A stretch of DNA of 63,996 nucleotides, filler included, from Choristocarpus tenellus KU-1152 (Eukaryota > Protista > Phaeophyceae): assembly GCA_964200185.2 (NCBI GenBank). It is 11 parts of 11 records of this genome, joined end to end, with 100 filler letters (N's around TTAATTAATTAA, not from the genome) between each part and the next. Parts side by side here need not be neighbours in the genome. Positions count along the whole stretch, not along the records: positions 61,060 to 63,996 come from CAXNAD020023518.1; 10 more parts are not named here. One strand, written 5' to 3'. The first letter of the stretch is position 1, and every line of letters begins with the position of its first letter. The position numbers were made by a program, and so were the translations under genes. A model generated the notes under the pieces. That model worked only from the letters and a program-made list of their open reading frames with translations, was not told the DNA's origin and did no database searches. Shown here one piece after another: positions 61,679 through 63,996 of this stretch.

Positions 61679-63701
61679 GCAGCAGTGTCCCTCCAGATCG
61701 ACTCCTTTCGGGGAACAGTTCTGATCCTTGCTGATCGTAGGATATCCCCCTTCATCAGCCCCAAGGAAATGCATATACCAGATGCTTCCATCACATCAAG
61801 AAACGAGACCTCACTCTTGTTGATCGAGCTTGACATGGACACAGGTTTGTTGTACCTTGCTGCTGTCCACCATCTCATCTACGGCACCTCATTGATCAGC
61901 GATGTGTTGGCTGTGTTTGGGGTTGGTATTATGCTATGTACAATTCTATGGAGGTTGCGGCACCTATGAACATTCCAATAGCCCACTGGTGCTGCAGGTG
62001 GGTATATATAGAGAGTTGAAGAGCTTACTAGAGCTGGACCTAATCACCGTAGTAAACACAAGGCAACCTGTTCTATTTTTTTGGTGTGATTGGCGTTCAC
62101 GTGAATGAATGTACTCAGGCCTTAGAAGAGCGAAAGTATCTTAGAGCGTATGGACGCGTCCATCTGGGGGCCAAAATCCAATATTTTGATTTGGGTCTAA
62201 TTTTGGCTATCATGTTTGTTAGGAAGGATCAACACACCTTTTCATAATGTATACAATTTACTTACTCCGAAACATTTCGGAGTTGGAAAACGTTACAAAA
62301 ACCTGTGGGAAGCCAAGCCCGAAACGGACAAACAGGGCAAAACTCGTACCCTCTAAGGTACTTTCACTCAGTGTTTTTCGCGATAGGGGAGGGTTTTGAG
62401 CATTGTGAACTTGATGAGGCAGACTTGCACAATAATGTCCTTGGCAGGTACCACCTTGGTCAGCAGGGCACCTGATCTACTGTCCACTTGATCAACTGGC
62501 AAAGTCACATTGTCTCAATGAAAACAACACTGGAATGATAAGGGTTATGCATTGATGCATGAGAGTTTTGTCTCTGAAATAATTGAGTCAAACATAACAA
62601 GAATCGAACTACATTTTCCTGAAATTGCAGTCGCATTCAACCCAAGAGTCAAGCTCCTGTGTGAAGAAAGACGTAATAGGATTCTGACCCAGGCTATATG
62701 ATATCAACCTTGATACCAACTCCAGTCGGATTTTTATTTCAATTTCCACCTTCTATCCGATGAATACATCTCTAATTGAGTAGAACCCAACCACTGTCAT
62801 GCAGGAGCGAAGACAAGGGTGTCACCAGCAATGTCAGGACTTGGCACAGATTTAGCTGTCGATAGTTCAGGTGATACATTCGTCGTGGGTTACACAAGGA
62901 GTATAGGAGGCAACAACACAATCCTTGTCAGGAAGGCAAGTGAGGCACAAGGGATATAGAAAGAAGGAGGGTGTCGATCCGAGTTGAGCAATACACGTAT
63001 AGATGAAGGTCATATGATGCTTGATTCATGATAAGAATACAGAGTTTTGAAATGGCTCACTGTGCTGTGTGGTACATCGGAAATATTTGGAACATTGCCT
63101 GCTCCAGAGTTGGAACTGTCATACTGTAAGTGGAGAACCATACACCACAAACCTCTAGGTAAATTTGCCACACAGTTATGCTGATGGTAGCTGAGTCACT
63201 ATGCACCTCTGCAATCTTCCCAAACCCACATTTTTCTCAGAGATTGAGCAGAACCAGTCAATGACCCGCTGATAATGCTTTGAAGAAGCATGATAGCTGG
63301 GGAAGATTGAAGCATAAACTTTGCTAATCTAGACCACCATGTTGGGTAGAGCAAGGCCCGTAACTGTAAACTTCAATACCCTTATGTTTGCTCTCGTACC
63401 AGAATAAACTGCCTATGATTGTAATCTTGTTGTATGTTATTTTTAAGGGCAATCTATACCAGCCCCACCTACTATGCTGAACATGCTGAACGGAGACAGT
63501 TAACTTATAACCTGTACTACGCAACAAAACAAACACTCATTTAAATAAACCAGTTTGATGGTGAGACTGGGGAGGTTGAGTGGACATATGATGGAGGGCC
63601 TAGCGGTGTTGCTAAAGGAAGCGCATTGGGGATCTCCCTGGATGCTGCTGGGGATCCCCTTGTGGTTGGCTCCACTTTGGGGAGGGGGGAGATACCGTCA
63701 A
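61679..63701 (+). CDS. Internal exons of a beta-propeller (SBBP-like repeat) protein gene
   Basis: Phase-consistent exons 61679-61844, 62805-62935 (GC donor) and 63554-63701 give ...LLLIELDMDTGAKTRVSPAMSGLGTDLAVDSSGDTFVVGYTRSIGGNNTILVRKFDGETGEVEWTYDGGPSGVAKGSALGISLDAAGDPLVVGST, i.e. two xAVDxxGxxxVxGxT blades. Possible upstream exons lie at 61425-61448 and ~58658-58759. Confidence 0.75.
62128..62369 (+). mobile_element. MITE family A copy (intronic)
   Basis: gagcgaaagtatcttagagcgta ... taccctctaaggtactttcactc; the TSD is not preserved (agaa/agtg). Confidence 0.88.
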
Positions 63702-63953
63702 GTGAGAAGTTTAAGGAGGAATGAAACAAGAAAACGGTGAAATAGAGTTCAGTGGAGGTGGCATGTGGGAAAGATTCCAGAAAAGTATTTAAGTTCTATG
63801 TCATCCAAATATCCATTCTCCCTTCTTCAACACATGTGGCACTATGTATCATTTGTCCTTGAAAACACTTTAGGACGCTGACCCTCCAAGTCTCGGTTGT
63901 ATATACTTAGTGTATAAACTGCATTATTGGAGAATACACAATATGAAAAAAAA

Positions 63954-63996
63954 GGCTCAAAGTATCTTGGGGGGGGGGTGGTAGCTGTCCATTCGG
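63954..63996 (+). mobile_element. MITE family B left end at the window edge
   Basis: ggctcaaagtatcttgggggggggg...gctgtccatt, like the starts at 17720 and 39908. Confidence 0.75.

Noticed and set aside
7270-62369. Repeated aaagtatcttagagggta as CRISPR repeats
   Set aside because: The copies are dispersed inverted pairs with TSDs, not a repeat-spacer array, and no cas genes are present.

Overview
This is eukaryotic nuclear DNA from a fragmented assembly: 11 contig pieces joined by ten artificial 100-bp spacers (N44-TTAATTAATTAA-N44). Most ORFs in the supplied track are spurious or are pieces of exons and transposons. By manual splicing I recover a phase-consistent 14-exon gene on the + strand for a multi-EF-hand-like protein (19.0-29.5 kb, incomplete at both ends), exons of an SBBP-type beta-propeller gene (61.7-63.7 kb), a probably decayed intron-containing DUF1761-like gene (50.3-51.2 kb, - strand), and a second probable pseudogene (13.4-15.3 kb, - strand). 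The rest is dense with transposons: two abundant MITE families with shared termini (about 18 copies or ends), a 1.9-kb TIR element in two inverted copies, a mariner (DD39D-like) transposase relic, a small TA-flanked MITE, Copia and Gypsy relics and an LTR-like repeat. The most notable observations are (i) many short interstitial (TTAGGG)2-3 tracts, some of them copy-specific inside MITEs, which suggests telomerase-templated repair; (ii) two MITE families with the same terminal motif but apparently different TSD lengths; and (iii) a CpG-decay signature between transposon paralogues. I found no CRISPR array, rRNA, convincing tRNA gene or prokaryote-type system. The taxon cannot be established; a stramenopile such as a brown alga is only a weak inference. 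All calls were made by eye, without database searches.
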